Source: Blepharisma stoltei ATCC 30299 (lineage: Eukaryota > Protista > Ciliophora). From it: DNA of 64,000 nt. Position numbers and translations under genes: made by a program. Below the pieces are notes generated by a model, which did no database searches, had not been told where the DNA came from, and worked only from the letters and a program-made list of their open reading frames with translations. The stretch covers positions 186,001 through 250,000 of the forward strand of contig CBFDEM010000038.1 in NCBI GenBank assembly GCA_965603825.1. Direction: 5' to 3'. Positions 1-13,566 of the stretch are shown here, one piece after another. Each line of letters opens with the position of its first letter. The first letter of the stretch is position 1.

Positions 1-3000
1 TCGAGCTCTACAGTCTTGTTATATGTATTCAACTTATTAAGTAGCTGAACATGGGTCATCTTTGAGTAGTCTTCAATATCATATTTCCCTAATTTTATAA
101 TTTTAGCCAGCTTTTTGCCACTAAGATTGTATCTACTTTGTAAAAAAATCAATTTTTTGAAATTTTTTGGGACATGAACTGGATTTCGATAGATAGGTAT
201 AAAAGACCCATCTTCTAGTAAAATAAGATGGAAATGGTTAGAAGACTCTCATTTGATATTATTTTGATATTTTGTGATCAAGGAAGAGATTTCATTGGTT
301 TCATCAATTTGATTCCTAGAAATTTGTTCTGAAGATCTTTCTTGTATTTCTCTAACATTTGTTAGATATTTAGTGGTGAATTCCTTAGTTGAGTTTAAAA
401 GGCAATCAAGAATCATTGTTCGCATATTTGAGTACTCTTTGGCAACGTCTCCAAGTGAATTTTTTTCTAAATCTCTTTTAAATTTTTTAATCATTTCAGG
501 CGAAAATGGACTTCTTTTGAAGTTTATTAGTAGTCTATTTAATATTGACATAAAAATATGCAATTGCGTATAAGTTATCTGCTCTATGCCAACTTGAAGC
601 GTAATAAAGTGTTTTTGTATTAAATCTATCATATCTCCTTTTGTCAAATCATCGATTATTTCTACATCATCCTCATCATCGATTGTTTTATTCTCATAAA
701 CTTTTAAATATTTCCCCACAATTTGCATCGACTCATCGACGATTAGATGGTTTATATTAAATCTATCAAGATGCCGAGGAGTAACAAAGCTTAAATATTC
801 TACAGATCTAAAAAGACTATTTCCATATGTATTTGCTATTTCAATCCAAATGGGATATTCTCTGTCTAAAACAAAAATATTTTCAGATGCACTTAAAGTC
901 CTTAAAAGGCAAATATTGATTAAAATTTCGTTTAATAATGATGGGTTGCTTGTATAGCTGATATTTAAATGCAAAATAGTTCTTTCATAAGTGATATTGA
1001 GTTTCGAAAGCATTTTGCAAACTTCTGCATAATTAATATCCCCGCCGATTGGGAAGGTAATTAAATTAATGAGATCATTGGAAGCTTGATATTTTAGATT
1101 CTTTGTCTTCCCAAGCCCCGCACATGATGAAGTTATCACTCGAGTATTAGGGTCAATTGCAGTGATAAATTCATTTATTACCTCATCGTTTAAGAACTGA
1201 TTGGTGCTGAACCTGTTTACTTTTGGGACAGTTAAATCTTTAAAATACTGCAATAAATAGCATTTAGAGTTGGCTGTGATTATTGCGAGACCTGATTTTA
1301 TGTGTTCTAGGGTATATAATTCGTCAAAAAGAGCTTTGAATTTGGCTTGGTTGTCTTGGGAAAGATTTTCGCAGTTTATTAGTGAATAAATATTATAGCA
1401 AGGGTCTTTGAAGTATCTGTATAAGAAGGACTTTAACTCTCTTCAGTGTGTAGAGCTTTTGCAAAATAAAATTTGGGAAGCATTTGGAAAAGATCCCATA
1501 TAATATTTATAGATAGAAAAAATACCGTTGAGGTATTTAGTAGTGTCAAGAAGGATGATTTCACCTTGGTAAGTTGGAGATTTGGCGGATTGGTCAAGAA
1601 CAAACGACTGCTTATCAGAATTAGGAGTATTATCCAATACTTTGCCTAGATTTTCCAATCTTTCGCCTGGAGTTCCATCTGTAATAAGTTCTCTATAAGC
1701 AGAAATTGCAATACTTTTGCCCATAAATTTTAGGATATTCTGTGCTTCAATTCTTGAATCACAATTTGGGTTTAAAATATAATTTTCAATAGTCCAAAAT
1801 TGTTTTCCATTCAAAAATGTAAGACAAAAATGTTTAAGATACGAATGGCTTAAATCAATTTCCCACACTTTATATAAATCAGAAATTTCCTCTTCAAGTT
1901 GGCTCACATTTTCATAATTTCCATCATTGCAGCTAAATGAGACTCTAAGCTTGTCTTCGAGCACAGGGTAACCATTTTGATATAATTCATTCATGCAAGT
2001 GATTATATTATTTATAGAATTTGCATAATCCACAAAAATAGGAAAATACTTTAAGTGATCTTTTTGCTTGTCAAAAGATTGATGTGAGGTGTGTATCATC
2101 AATTGTGCTCTACATTTAAGCTCATTGATGTCTGCGATTGAAAAGTATGGTCTCATAATCTCAGGATAAGTTAATTCAATGCCATATTCATCATTTTCAA
2201 ATTTAATAGTAAAAGTTGAATTTTTTGTAATTTCTGAAATCTGCTTCTTTTTGGCTTCTTCTTTGCAATTTATATCAGTATGCAATTCTGTGATAGCACA
2301 AAGCTGTGGGGCACATATAAGAAGCTGTTGAGGGATTAGTCTGAACTGTTTTCCATCATCTCTGTCCGACTCAAAAAGTTTACATAAATCAAAGAAATTT
2401 GAGGAAGATTTTCTGATATCTTGAATACAATACCATAGATTTTCTAAATATAAAACAGTTTCAGTGCTCACAAACTCAATTTCATATTCATTTACATTTC
2501 CTTTCATATTTTGGACCATTTCTAAGCTTAAATCTCGCAAAAATAGAACTAGGTCTTTTGATTTTTCTATTGCTTGAAGTGTTTCTATCAGAGCTTTTTT
2601 TTGAGGGCCTGATAAATCTTTAAAAAGGCTGTTAATTCTTGCTGAGTTTCTTAAAAATTCTCCAATTGTGGAATGTTTAAGAATATAGGAAAATTCAATA
2701 TATTCTGAACATAATTCTAGAACATGAAGATCTCCTTCTCCTGTAATTTCTTTAAGATCAATCATTCCATTGCATGCATTTATTAAATTTTCATGCTGCT
2801 GATAGTTTTTCAAGCATTGAGTAAGAGTTGAAGTATTTTCTTCATTGGACTTTTCTATCGTAATAAGAATGCGAATCTCTTTGTCAATCTTTTTTATATT
2901 AGAAAACATTTTGATAATTTTTTTCATTGGATAATCAGCTGGATGGCTGAATAAATTGCTCAGGTTTTCCTTCATTTTCTTATATGAAATTCTGCAATTG

Positions 3001-5687
3001 GAATTTATAGTAGAAATATCCAATTTAGACAGTGACGAAGATAGCAATCGCTTGCATTTGGCAAGATAATAATTATTGAAAATATAAGAGTTGATTGCTG
3101 ACCCTAATTCTCTTGAAATCTCTATTATTGTTTCCATTTTCTCTGGGAATATGAAATTAGCCAATTTGATGCTCAGGTAATTCTTCTTAAATTCTTTGCA
3201 TATTTCTTCAATATCCTCATAATCTTGCATGATATCTTGAAAATGGTTGACAAATATCCCAAAAGCTTCGAAGCCTTTTTCTATTATATTTCTTTTAACA
3301 ATAATATTTTTAATGATGCGAGAATAATCTTTTTCTTCTTTTCTTAAAATTCTTTCTGAGCCTTGCAATAAATTGATCATAATTGATTTTTGATTATCAG
3401 ACTGCTTACCAATAATATCAATTTCGTATAAAGGAATATTTCCCTGGGCTAGCCTATCTCCTACCTCTGATAATGAATTAATAAGAGACTGTGCATACTC
3501 AAATTCTTTATAATTTTCATAGGAGGAAATTATTGAAATCCAAGCAATTTGCTTATCAGGCTTTGAAAATAAATTAAACCACTCTGAGTCCTCATATTTC
3601 ATAATAGAAAGTTGTTTTTCTACAAGTACTTCAATAATTTTATTGGTTGGTTTGAATTTAAAAAACAATTCAAGCACTCTGCATTTCTTTTGGCTATCTG
3701 ACATTTCTTCTCCAGCTAATTTTTCGTTTTCATCCCTTAATTCTACTTCAATATAAGCTGACCTCAATGAATCATTTCCAGACTCTTCAAAATATTGTGA
3801 GCAGTCCAAAAACTGAGTTTTTTGTTTTTTGCATAATAATAGCAGCTTTTCAGCAAAATTCCAGTACATTTTATCTAAATTCTTATTGTCCATTATTTGA
3901 CTCATTTCTTTATTAAAATAAGAGATAATGCTTTTGATGCTTCGATTTTTACTGATAATTTCATCTACCCATTTCTCAAAAAGCTTGAAAAAAGGATCTC
4001 TGAGGCTAAAAATGTTGCAAATTTGGTAGAATGGGATATTGAAATCCTTCATAAGCCTATCGGAAAGCCTAGCTGCATAAATATCATCAGAAAAGAAACT
4101 GTCATAATAAGTTGTAAAAATCAATTGGCAACATTTCAGCCTAAATTCCATTTTTTCAGTATCTTGATTTAAAATACTTCATATAATACTTTTTATTGAT
4201 TCGCTATACAGTAAGCACGTGAAGCGTTTATCAAGCTTATAAACTACTTCAAAAAATTCAATGACATCATTCATTTTTAAAATATAGCCTTGGAAATATT
4301 CATTAATTAGTGAACTAAAGCAATCCCCAAGCTCTTTAAGCTCATTTTGAGGCAAGCTATCATTTGCTTCTAACATCAAATTTTGCAAAATAAAAAGGAA
4401 CTCACTGCAATTTAAGTTATCGATGGCTAAATTTTTAAAAAGTATTATCCACTCTACCCATTTAAAAATGCTGATATTTTCAAGTATAAATCTCTTATCT
4501 TCTTGTCTTAATTTAATTTTTAACATCCTTAAATCCTTTAAAAAGTGATCTAAAATTCTGAACTTCAAATTGCTATTTAAATCACAATTAAGGATATTGC
4601 ATCAATTTTCCCTTTTTTCCATTAGGGTATATACCATTAAATGGACTAAGCCTTCTAATGAATAAGTACTGGATTCCAAATCTTGTAATTTGTCAGTGTT
4701 TTCTAATAAAATTAAAAATTGACTGAAATCGACTTTGGTGTATTGCATTAGAGAATGGGGAATGCATGAAATTAAAGATAGAAGAAGGCGAAAATGCTCA
4801 ATAGACAAGGAAGGGCTTCTAAACATGAATTCTTCAATTATTCTAAAGAAATCATTTGCATTTTTTGGAAACTCAGTAAAAGCGTTTTCATATTTGGCTA
4901 GAAATTGCTCAATAAGCATGGGAATGGCTTCCACTAAATCTTGATTGAGTAAAAAATCTGTATAAATTGACAGCTCTTGGAATGGATCAGTTACAGATTC
5001 CCCGTCTGGGGTTACAGTTGACAGCCTAAAGCTCTTAGATACTATTTCCAGACCAAATATAAAGCAATGATTGAACTTTGAATTGATTCATCTGGCTTGC
5101 TCATTAATTTCCCAATTTTCTTTGAAATTATCGCTATTTTTATCTTCAAATCTAAGCTTGATCTTAATGTACCCATTCCACCCATCAGTGGGAATGAAAG
5201 GTACGTGAAATATTTTGATATTTGGGTCAAAATATCGGCAATAATAATCAAATTTTAAAAATTTTTCGAATTTTATAGGCTTGTTATCTGTTCCAATTTT
5301 AGAAAGCTTTAAAGAATTGTAAATGCATTCTTCTGGATTGAGTTTATACAAAGAATATATATGATGGGAACCTTCTAAATGATTTTGGACATTATTTAAA
5401 ATTTCAATTGAAGTATAATCATATTCATCAATATCTTGGAATCCTTCTAGAGCTCGATGAGACAAGTCTTGCATTTCTTTTACATGCTGAGAAGGTATTT
5501 CTGGGTCTCGGCTTGGCAAAATAACATTTCGTGGTATAATTACTGGTTCCTTACTCTCTTCCTCCAGGGCTGGCAAGGCTAAAATGGGTTTCTCCTTAGG
5601 TGAAGAATCATCTGAACTGCATGGATTTTCTTTTATATCCTTTTTACTTTTAGATTTAGACAATTTCTTCAATGTTTTCCTTTTCAT
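1..5687 (-). CDS. Giant RNF213/mysterin-like AAA+ ATPase (5' part, about 1895 aa in window; continues past position 1)
   Basis: ORFs 5088-5687, 4602-4934, 4179-4568, 1443-4151 and 249-1253 share one frame and are separated only by TGA (5088, 4602, 4179, 1443, 249), with no TAA/TAG down to position 1. Motifs QILFCKSSTHWRELKSFLYR, YSLINCENLS, P-loop SSCAGLGKT, ILHLNIS, IWIEIAN and KWESSNHF occur in the order of the RNF213 stalk/AAA1 region. Confidence 0.8.
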
Positions 5688-6309
5688 TATGATTATAAAG
5701 CCAAAAATCTATAAAAATTTATCAATTCAAATGTAGATTTCTATAATTTTTACTATTAATTTTTTGAGATTAGAAGTTTAAATTATGAATTTTAGGAACA
5801 ACTATCAGTATTTTAACTTTGGATATTTAATATTTTTTTCCTAAAAAATCAAATGTTGCTTAAAGATAGCGTAATTATTTTATAATTTAATCAAAACAAA
5901 TGAAGCAATTCCTTTTACCTCTAGTTTAAACGAAGAATAGACCCTTAAAGCAATTTTAAATCTAGTTAAATCTTAATTTTCCCCTCTCTCTATATATAAG
6001 CTTCAATAATTAAATTTTTAATTCTAAAATTATCGAATTTTATAATAAATCTTTGGTTTCATACAGCCTTAAAACCTAAACGTTTATTAATTGACTTGAT
6101 AATCAATATGAGCCTAATTTAAAATTTTAGAATTTTCTAGCACACTAATAGCTTGAAAACTCCTTTCATTTTAACAAAATAAATGGCATACCACTACTGA
6201 CTTTTAATAATCTATCACATTAACTTTAAACTGAAAGTGAAAATCTTAATGATCAATTGTAACCTTCACATTTAAATTTATTTAACAGACTCCATAGATG
6301 ATAATAATA

Positions 6310-7371
6310 ATGGGAAATATTTGTAGTAGTGCTTCTATAGACATTGCAAAATCCTGTCATAATGAAATTCCTAGCCCACTCTTTTTATCGCCTCGCCCTA
6401 TCACTATTGGAAATTTCTTTATTAAGCGAGTTCTCGGCCATGGATCGTTTGGAAAAGTTCTATTAGTTGAGAAACTCGAAACTGGCAAGCTTTATGCAAT
6501 GAAAGTCATAAATAAAAACTCGCTTGATAGTAAAAAAAAGAAATCTCATGTATTGACTGAGCGTGAAATATTAGCCAATGTGCATAGCCCATTTATAGTG
6601 AGGATGCATTATGCTTTTCAAACTCCAGATAAATTATGTCTCGTATTTGACTATTTTGGAGGTAAAAATCTCAGCTATCATATAAGAGAAAACAAGCGAT
6701 TGACTGAGCCTACGGCTCAATTTTATATAGCTGAAGTGCTGTTGGCATTAAAAGATATCCATGATAAAAAAATAATTTATAGAGACTTAAAGCCTGAGAA
6801 TGTTCTGATGAGTGAAGATGGACATATTTGTTTATCTGATTTTAACCTTTCCAAAGAAAAAACAGAGAATAATGGCAATGACACAATTTGTGGGACTCCA
6901 GAATATATTGCCCCAGAAGTCTTGCTTGGAAATTCACAGGGTCCTGAAGTAGATTTTTGGGGTATGGGAATTTTATTATACGAAATGATAAATGGGAAAT
7001 CACCTTTTGCATCACAAACTTATGAAGAAACCTATAAAAATATAATTAGAGGGAAAATCAACTTTTCCTACTCCATTTCTTATCAAGCCAAAGATCTAAT
7101 TAAGAAACTTTTAAATCCAAATCCTAAAAGAAGGCTCGCAAACATCGAGGATATAAAAAATCATGCATTTTTTCAAGATTTGAACTGAAAAGACTTGAGA
7201 GAGAAGTATGTGAACCCTCCAATTATACCTAAAAATGACGAGTTTAGATTGTCATACAACTCATCCACAGGAGAGTCTGAAAGTGAAGATGAAGAATACC
7301 GAAGATGTGAAACAAATCCTGATAACGTTGGCAGTGAATATAAAAATTTCACTTATACGGAGTCTATGTAA
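6310..7371 (+). CDS. AGC-group Ser/Thr protein kinase, 353 aa
   Basis: GHGSFGKV, YAMK, YRDLKPEN, DFN, CGTPEYIAPE. TGA at 7186 is the conserved W of FFxxLxW; the readthrough tail ends in the AGC hydrophobic motif YKNFTY, then TAA. Start MGNIC is a probable myristoylation signal. Confidence 0.9.
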
Positions 7372-8128
7372 ATTTGTAAAATGGCTTAAAAGACACAATT
7401 TAATATAACTCTTAACAAAATCTTCTTGGGTATTTTATTGATTTTTATGTTTTGCTAATTATTTTTTAGTCATTATTTTTTATGCTAAAATGGATATGTA
7501 AACAGCTGAATAATTTCCTCAACAATTTATCTGAGCTTGATTTTAGTGTAATTTTGAATAATTTTTATAATTTTTTTAGAATTCTTTGAGCTAACTAAAC
7601 AATTTTATATAAACCTCGATATTTTTTATATATGGATAGAGAATTTTTAAATATATTAACGAGCTGCATGATAATAAATTTTACTGAATGCTTTTGAGCA
7701 TTGCATTGTTGAAATAAGCCTGAGCAAAAATTGATACTTTGAAAGCATTGGCTTAGATATAACCAAGAACAGCTATTTTTCTCTTATAATTATTGGCAAG
7801 CTGTCTAAATTTTTGTTAATAAACATCAACCTAATAATCAGGTCATTCCACCTAGAGCCAGCCAAGCATGCTAGCTTTAGCTTATAGAATATTCCCAAAA
7901 TCTTAAAACTCTAAATAACTTTGTATGTCAATATTTGTGCCAAATTCATATTAAATACAAAAAAACTGATCACACTTTATATAATAAAAAACCTATTAAT
8001 CTATTTGTAATCAATCGGCTTTTTAAATTAAGTTGATAAATAATTTCATTTAACTCTAATGCCTAAATTATGCAACATTTTAATGGTACCCACAAAATCT
8101 TAATAATTTTAATTTTATAATAAAAAGC

Positions 8129-9610
8129 ATGACCAGATCCCACAGCACGCTTGATAATTACATTGTTATAAAAACTCTTGGAAAAGGCGCTACCTCTAAG
8201 GTAAAGCTTGTACAAGATAAAAACACTCAAGAAATTTTTGCAGTAAAAATTTTTAAACCTCCAACAGAGTTGAATTTTGAAAGATACCGAGATTCCATAG
8301 CAAATGAGATCAGAAGCCTAAAGCTAGTATCACATCCTAACGTAATTAAATGTTTTGGGTTTAGTGAAAATGGAATTTACATTCAGAAAAGTTCGGGATC
8401 TCTCAAGAAGTGTACATATCTAGTTATGGAGGTATGTCCAAATGGCTCACTTTATGATATCATTTTTTACACGGGAATTTTAAATGAGAGAATAACGAGA
8501 TATCTATTCCATCAGCTGGTCGAGGCCTTAGAATGCTGCCATAATAGTGGGGTTACTCATCGGGATCTAAAACCCCAAAATATTTTATTCGACGAAAACT
8601 ACAACCTAAAATTGTCAGATTTTGGGCTGTCTATAAACCTATTTGGAAGAGACGGCTCTGGCTATCTGGGAAGTCCAGTAGGCACCGAAAATTATATGGC
8701 ACCAGAAATCCATATGAGAAATCCTTATGTCGGTACAAATATCGACGTATTTTCATTGGGTGTTATTTTATTTATAATTTATTCATATAACCCTCCTTTT
8801 AGGTTTGGGTATTTAACTGATCCATGCTACAATATGTTGGTGAACAACGAAAGTATGTTTTGGGGTTTGCATTCAAGAAATAAGTCAGAAGGATTTTATA
8901 CTCCAGAGTTTAAATCACTAATTAAAGGAATGCTAGCACTTGATCCAAAGAAAAGATACACTATCAGTGATATAAAAGCTGATAGCTGATATAATGGACC
9001 TGCTGCTACTTATGAGGAAGTTTACAGAGATTTGATGTCAAGATGTCAAGCAGTCAACAGAATGGTTGAACAAGTAAAAGAGCAGCAAACTATAAGCTCA
9101 ACCAGTACGAAATCAACTTCAGCTTCTTCAAGAATTTATAGAGGAGATTCATCTATGTCAGAATTCAGATCTCGATCATTATCAATTGTAATTGATGATC
9201 TCTCTGTCAAGCCTCTCCCAGAAAGCTATATCACAGTTAGAAAATTCTCACAATTCGTCACAGATCTAAAGCCAATTGATTTGATCAATATAATTATTCA
9301 AGAAATTTATAAAAATGATGGTGAAGTTCAAATTTCACTTGAATTTTATGAAATCAAATCAAAAATTTTCTTAGAAGAAAATGAAATAGAATTCAAGGCA
9401 ACTGTTTATCAAGTAGAAGCTGACATTTATTTACTTGATTTAATCTGCAAAAGCTCTGAGCAGCGTATTTTCATTGAATTCGTAAAGAAGCTTTTCGAGT
9501 CAATCAAAGAAGTTCAAAGTCCTTCAGAAGAATCCAATAATTTTTCAAGTTCTTTTCTATCTGTTTCCAATAATTTCTCAAGCTCTTATCTATCTGTTCC
9601 GACTAATTAA
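8129..9610 (+). CDS. CAMK-group Ser/Thr kinase with C-terminal KA1-like region, 493 aa
   Basis: GKGATSKV, HRDLKPQN, DFG, GTENYMAPE. TGA at 8987 sits at the HPW-equivalent Trp and joins ORF 9032-9610 in frame. Confidence 0.9.
9533..9598 (+). repeat. 33-bp imperfect tandem duplication encoding SNNFSSS(F/Y)LSV twice at the kinase C-terminus
   Basis: tccaataatttttcaagttcttttctatctgtt followed by tccaataatttctcaagctcttatctatctgtt. Confidence 0.85.
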
Positions 9611-9929
9611 CCTAGTTTAATTTTTTCTTATAATCTGATTAACAACTTTTATAAGAATAATTATTTATCTTATATATATATTTACCAATTTTCTACGCAA
9701 AGGGCGAGTAATAGAGTAATGTGAGTCATTTACGCCTTCAAAGAGCTCGATAGAGAAATTCTCTATTGACCAAAATATGAAGCAGATATTTAGATTAAAG
9801 TAATGTTATTATTTTTTGCCAGCTTTTACGAAGAAGTTGGATGGTAAAAATTGTAAAATAAGAATTAAAGCTTGAAAATAAACGAAAGGATAGGATTTTA
9901 ATCACATGAATTAAAAAAAATAGAATAAC

Positions 9930-12884
9930 TTATATCGGATTAATATCACCATGTGGCTTGACATATGGTGCTGGGTATGATGAAAAGCTTCGTTTCAAAG
10001 GTGATTTTCGGAAAACTTCTTTTAAGCTTGGAGTGGGACTGGTGTAAGAATTTGTAATTGTATCTTTTATTAATTTTTTCATCTCCTCATATGAAGATTG
10101 TGAAAAAGGCTTGCTAGAAAAAGATAATGACTCTTGCAGCTCCATATATTGGTCTGCCCATTTTCCTAACAATGTATTTAGCCTAACTACCTCTGATTGT
10201 TTTCTTAATAATTCTTTTTCACAATTTTCTTTAAGCTCTATAAAGAATTTTCGTCATCTTTCCCGCTCTTCTTTTTGTGCTTTAAACACATCTTTTTCGA
10301 AATTATTTAGCATTTTTTGATAAGTTTCTGATTGCTCTTTAAGAAATTCATTTGTTCGTTTTAGCTCATTATTATAAAGCCTTTGAAGCTCAAGACTAGT
10401 TTCTAGGTTGCTATATTTTAATTGGAAACTAAAAGTATCCATACTATAGCAGTCCAGATCATCTTTGGACTTAGAGTTTTCTCTTGTGGATTCACAGGAA
10501 TCAATTAATTTGGTTGTTGATAGTCTTCTTCGTTTAGCTACTGCAGATGGCGTGAATGATTTAAGCATTTGCGCTTTAGGTATTAATACTAGGTCTTTTT
10601 TAGATAAATTTGGTTTTTCAGGATTAACTTGTTCATAAAGCTTTAGCATGTGCATATGAGAATCGTGCAAAAAATCAATCATTTTTTCTAAAGAATCTAT
10701 TTGCTCTTTTTGATGGCTTACCAGCATTTTTTTAAGGCTATATTTATCAGCCAAAAGTCTGAATTTCCAGTCTAAAGCATGAATTCCTCTAACTAAGTTA
10801 GAATTTATCATGCTTGCATGAATAAGCTGATTTTTTAAATGGAAAATCGAAATATCTCTGTTGAGCTCATCATTATTTTCGACAGCTTTTTTTATTTCAT
10901 CGGTATAAGGGTCAGAAATTCTTGATAAATCACGAGGATTTATTGATAAAGAATTTGTGATGACTTCTAAATTTTCTGTTCTACAAGCTTCTAACTCACT
11001 TAGTTCTTGCTCCCCCATAACTGGAGTAGTTAATTGCAAAATACTAACTTCCGTTAAATCGTCAAATTCAACCTCAGTGATTTGATGAGAATTTATTAAC
11101 TTTTCATTGACATCTTTGTATTTTATATTAAGAGAGTCTAATGCTTTTGTAAATTTGCTCACCTGAAGCACCAATTTTTCATTTTCTTCTTGTATTAACT
11201 TTAGTGTATTGTTTTCTTTATTATTCCCTAAGACAACTTTATTGTATTTTTCGTAAAATTCATGAGCTTTTTGCTCATTTTGTAGTTGTTTGGTTTTAGT
11301 CGAAGTTACTTTTGCTTCTAATTCTGCGACTTTTTCTCGCAGATCTGTATTTTCTCGCTTTAAAAATTTGGTTTTCTTTTTATATTTTCGAATTTTTTTT
11401 TCAAAAGCTTCATTATTAAATTTAATAGCTTCTGGATCAGGAGATGATGGAAATGAGGAATCAAATGGCTTTAATTGAAAAGATGTGGTCAAATAATCAG
11501 GCTCAAAAGTGCTAAACGGAGATCTTTTTAAATCAAGCTGAGAGTCCTCATATGTAGAAACTCTTGAAGAATCAATATAATTTTTTGGGGATGCTAATTC
11601 AGCGAGAGTTATTGTATTAGAATGGAGAAGACCTGGCAAAGGCGGGTCTTTTAATATAGGGGATAATGAAGCTACACTTCGAGACTCCCCTGCAAAATCC
11701 CTTTCAGACCTCAATAAGTTTATTTCTCTTCTCGCTTCAGCCAGCTCTGCCTTCAATTTTTCAATCATTTTAATGTAGCTTTCAGGAGAATTTTTTATAT
11801 TAATTGTAGCTTTATTTTTGATTTTTTTAGCTCTGACTGCAAATTTTAAGGTATTTAAGGTTTCTTCTATAGCACGAGCAGAAGGAGAGCAAGCTACAAT
11901 TAGCGTGGTTTTATAATTTCCTCCAAGAGATTCTTGAAGGAGTCTAGTAAGCTTAGAATCACGATATGGAATATGATCAGAGTATGAAATTAAAGCATGA
12001 ATCACATTTCCAAGCGCTGAAAGAGAAAGATTTATTTTCTTGGTTTCTTCAAGGTTGTTTCCAGTCACGCCTGAATGGCTGACTTTTTCACTACCAGCCA
12101 AATCTACCAGATTTAGCTTCCCTTTTTTTTCGCTGTCGTTAGGCAGTTTTTGAATTACTTCCAAAGTAAATAATAAATGAGACCTTGATGATGCTTTATT
12201 TAGTTTTGTAGTCGCAACAGTTCTCATTTGTTGGCCGATTGTTAGTACTTCGATCATGTCGTTTTCATTTGTGACACAAACTTCGGTTAGCCCCTGGACA
12301 TGTATTCCTCTTCTTGGGCATTCTTTTATTTTTAATTTCACAGATTCTGCTACTAATAAATCTCTAAGCGTTTCTTTATAAATTTCAAGCATCGAGCACT
12401 TTAACGTGTACTCAATTTCTCCATAATCTGATTGTACAGCTTCAAAAATCTGTTGAGCAGCTCTTGGAATAATTCCTTTATATTCTTCTTCGAAAATATT
12501 TTTCCCCATCATTGTATGTGTTTTACCACTTCCTGTTTGCCCATAGGCAAAAATTGTCCCGTTGTAGCCGTTTAAGACATCTTCAATAACTGGTTTACCT
12601 ACTATTTCATATACTTCAGACTGTTTTGAGTCTGGATCAAAAACATGATCAAGTGTAAAAGTTTCAAATCCGGGCCCAGCTGCTATTGTATTTTCAGACA
12701 AAAAGTTCACCAAAGCATGATTGTCGGTGGGACTTTGATCTTCGTCTGTCATTTCGAAGTCAATTAAGGGGCGAAACCTTGAGATAACTTTAATATTGTT
12801 TTGACGTGACATCCCAGCCCTAACATGGGCTGCAAAATCTGGGTCAGCCATCATAGTTTTCGAGCGTATAGCATTTCGTCTCAT
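9930..12884 (-). CDS. Kinesin motor protein (kinesin-1-like N-terminal motor plus coiled coil), about 984 aa
   Basis: AYGQTGSGKT, SSRSH, LVDLAGSE, HIPYRDSKLTRLLQESLGGN. TGA at 10254 joins ORF 9930-10172 in frame. Confidence 0.92.
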
Positions 12885-13566
12885 GAGAGCTTAAAATTTA
12901 TATTTTTATTTTATGGCTATTAAATTAAATTTTTGCAGGGAAAAATATGCAATTTAATCAGTATTCTAGTTAAGCAAATATAATTTGAGTCAATTAGACC
13001 ATAAAATTGTAGATTAGACTAATTATGCATTGAAAAAATTAAATTCCTTTAAATTTGATAAATAAAAGCGTTTGCATCTGTGTATAATAGAAACATTTTC
13101 TATAAAATCATCTAAAGCTTTATATTTTCCACCATTTTCTTTAATTATTATTTAAAGTTGAAATAAATTTTATGTGCTAAAAAGAATCATTTTTAATTTT
13201 TCGTAATTAGAATTTTATATATAGGTTTATGCGATGCCTTATTTATATTTAGATTAATTATTTGATGCATCATGTCGAGCATATTTAGAATACATAATTA
13301 ACATTCAAATATGCTCAATATATAAAATCTTAATTATCTCAACTTTGGCTTCTAAAATTTTTCTCATATAGTGTATACTTTTAAAATGTTTTTTTAATCT
13401 TTTCTCTTTTCATATGCTGCAAATTGCAATGATTAATCATTTTTTAATTTCCTTTGTAGGTTATATATGATATTTGCTATATCCTAATATCTTATATTAA
13501 TTAAGATATTTTTAATAAACATCATTCTTAATTATTATGATATAATTTTTAATAAGAAGCTTATCG

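Noticed and set aside
9815-9840. U5 snRNA (GCTTTTAC resembles loop I)
   Set aside because: It does not match the invariant GCCTTTTAC, and the Sm-like site is upstream rather than downstream.
12818-12825. CCCTAACA, matching the heterotrich telomeric repeat unit
   Set aside because: Single copy inside the kinesin coding sequence; expected by chance.
12885-13566. Long AT-rich spacers (also 5688-6309, 7372-8128, 27656-28290, 44288-44813, 54420-54994) as retained IESs or MITEs
   Set aside because: No coding sequence in the window is interrupted by an IES-sized insert and I saw no clear terminal repeats; they look like ordinary intergenic DNA. Germline reads would be needed to exclude this fully.
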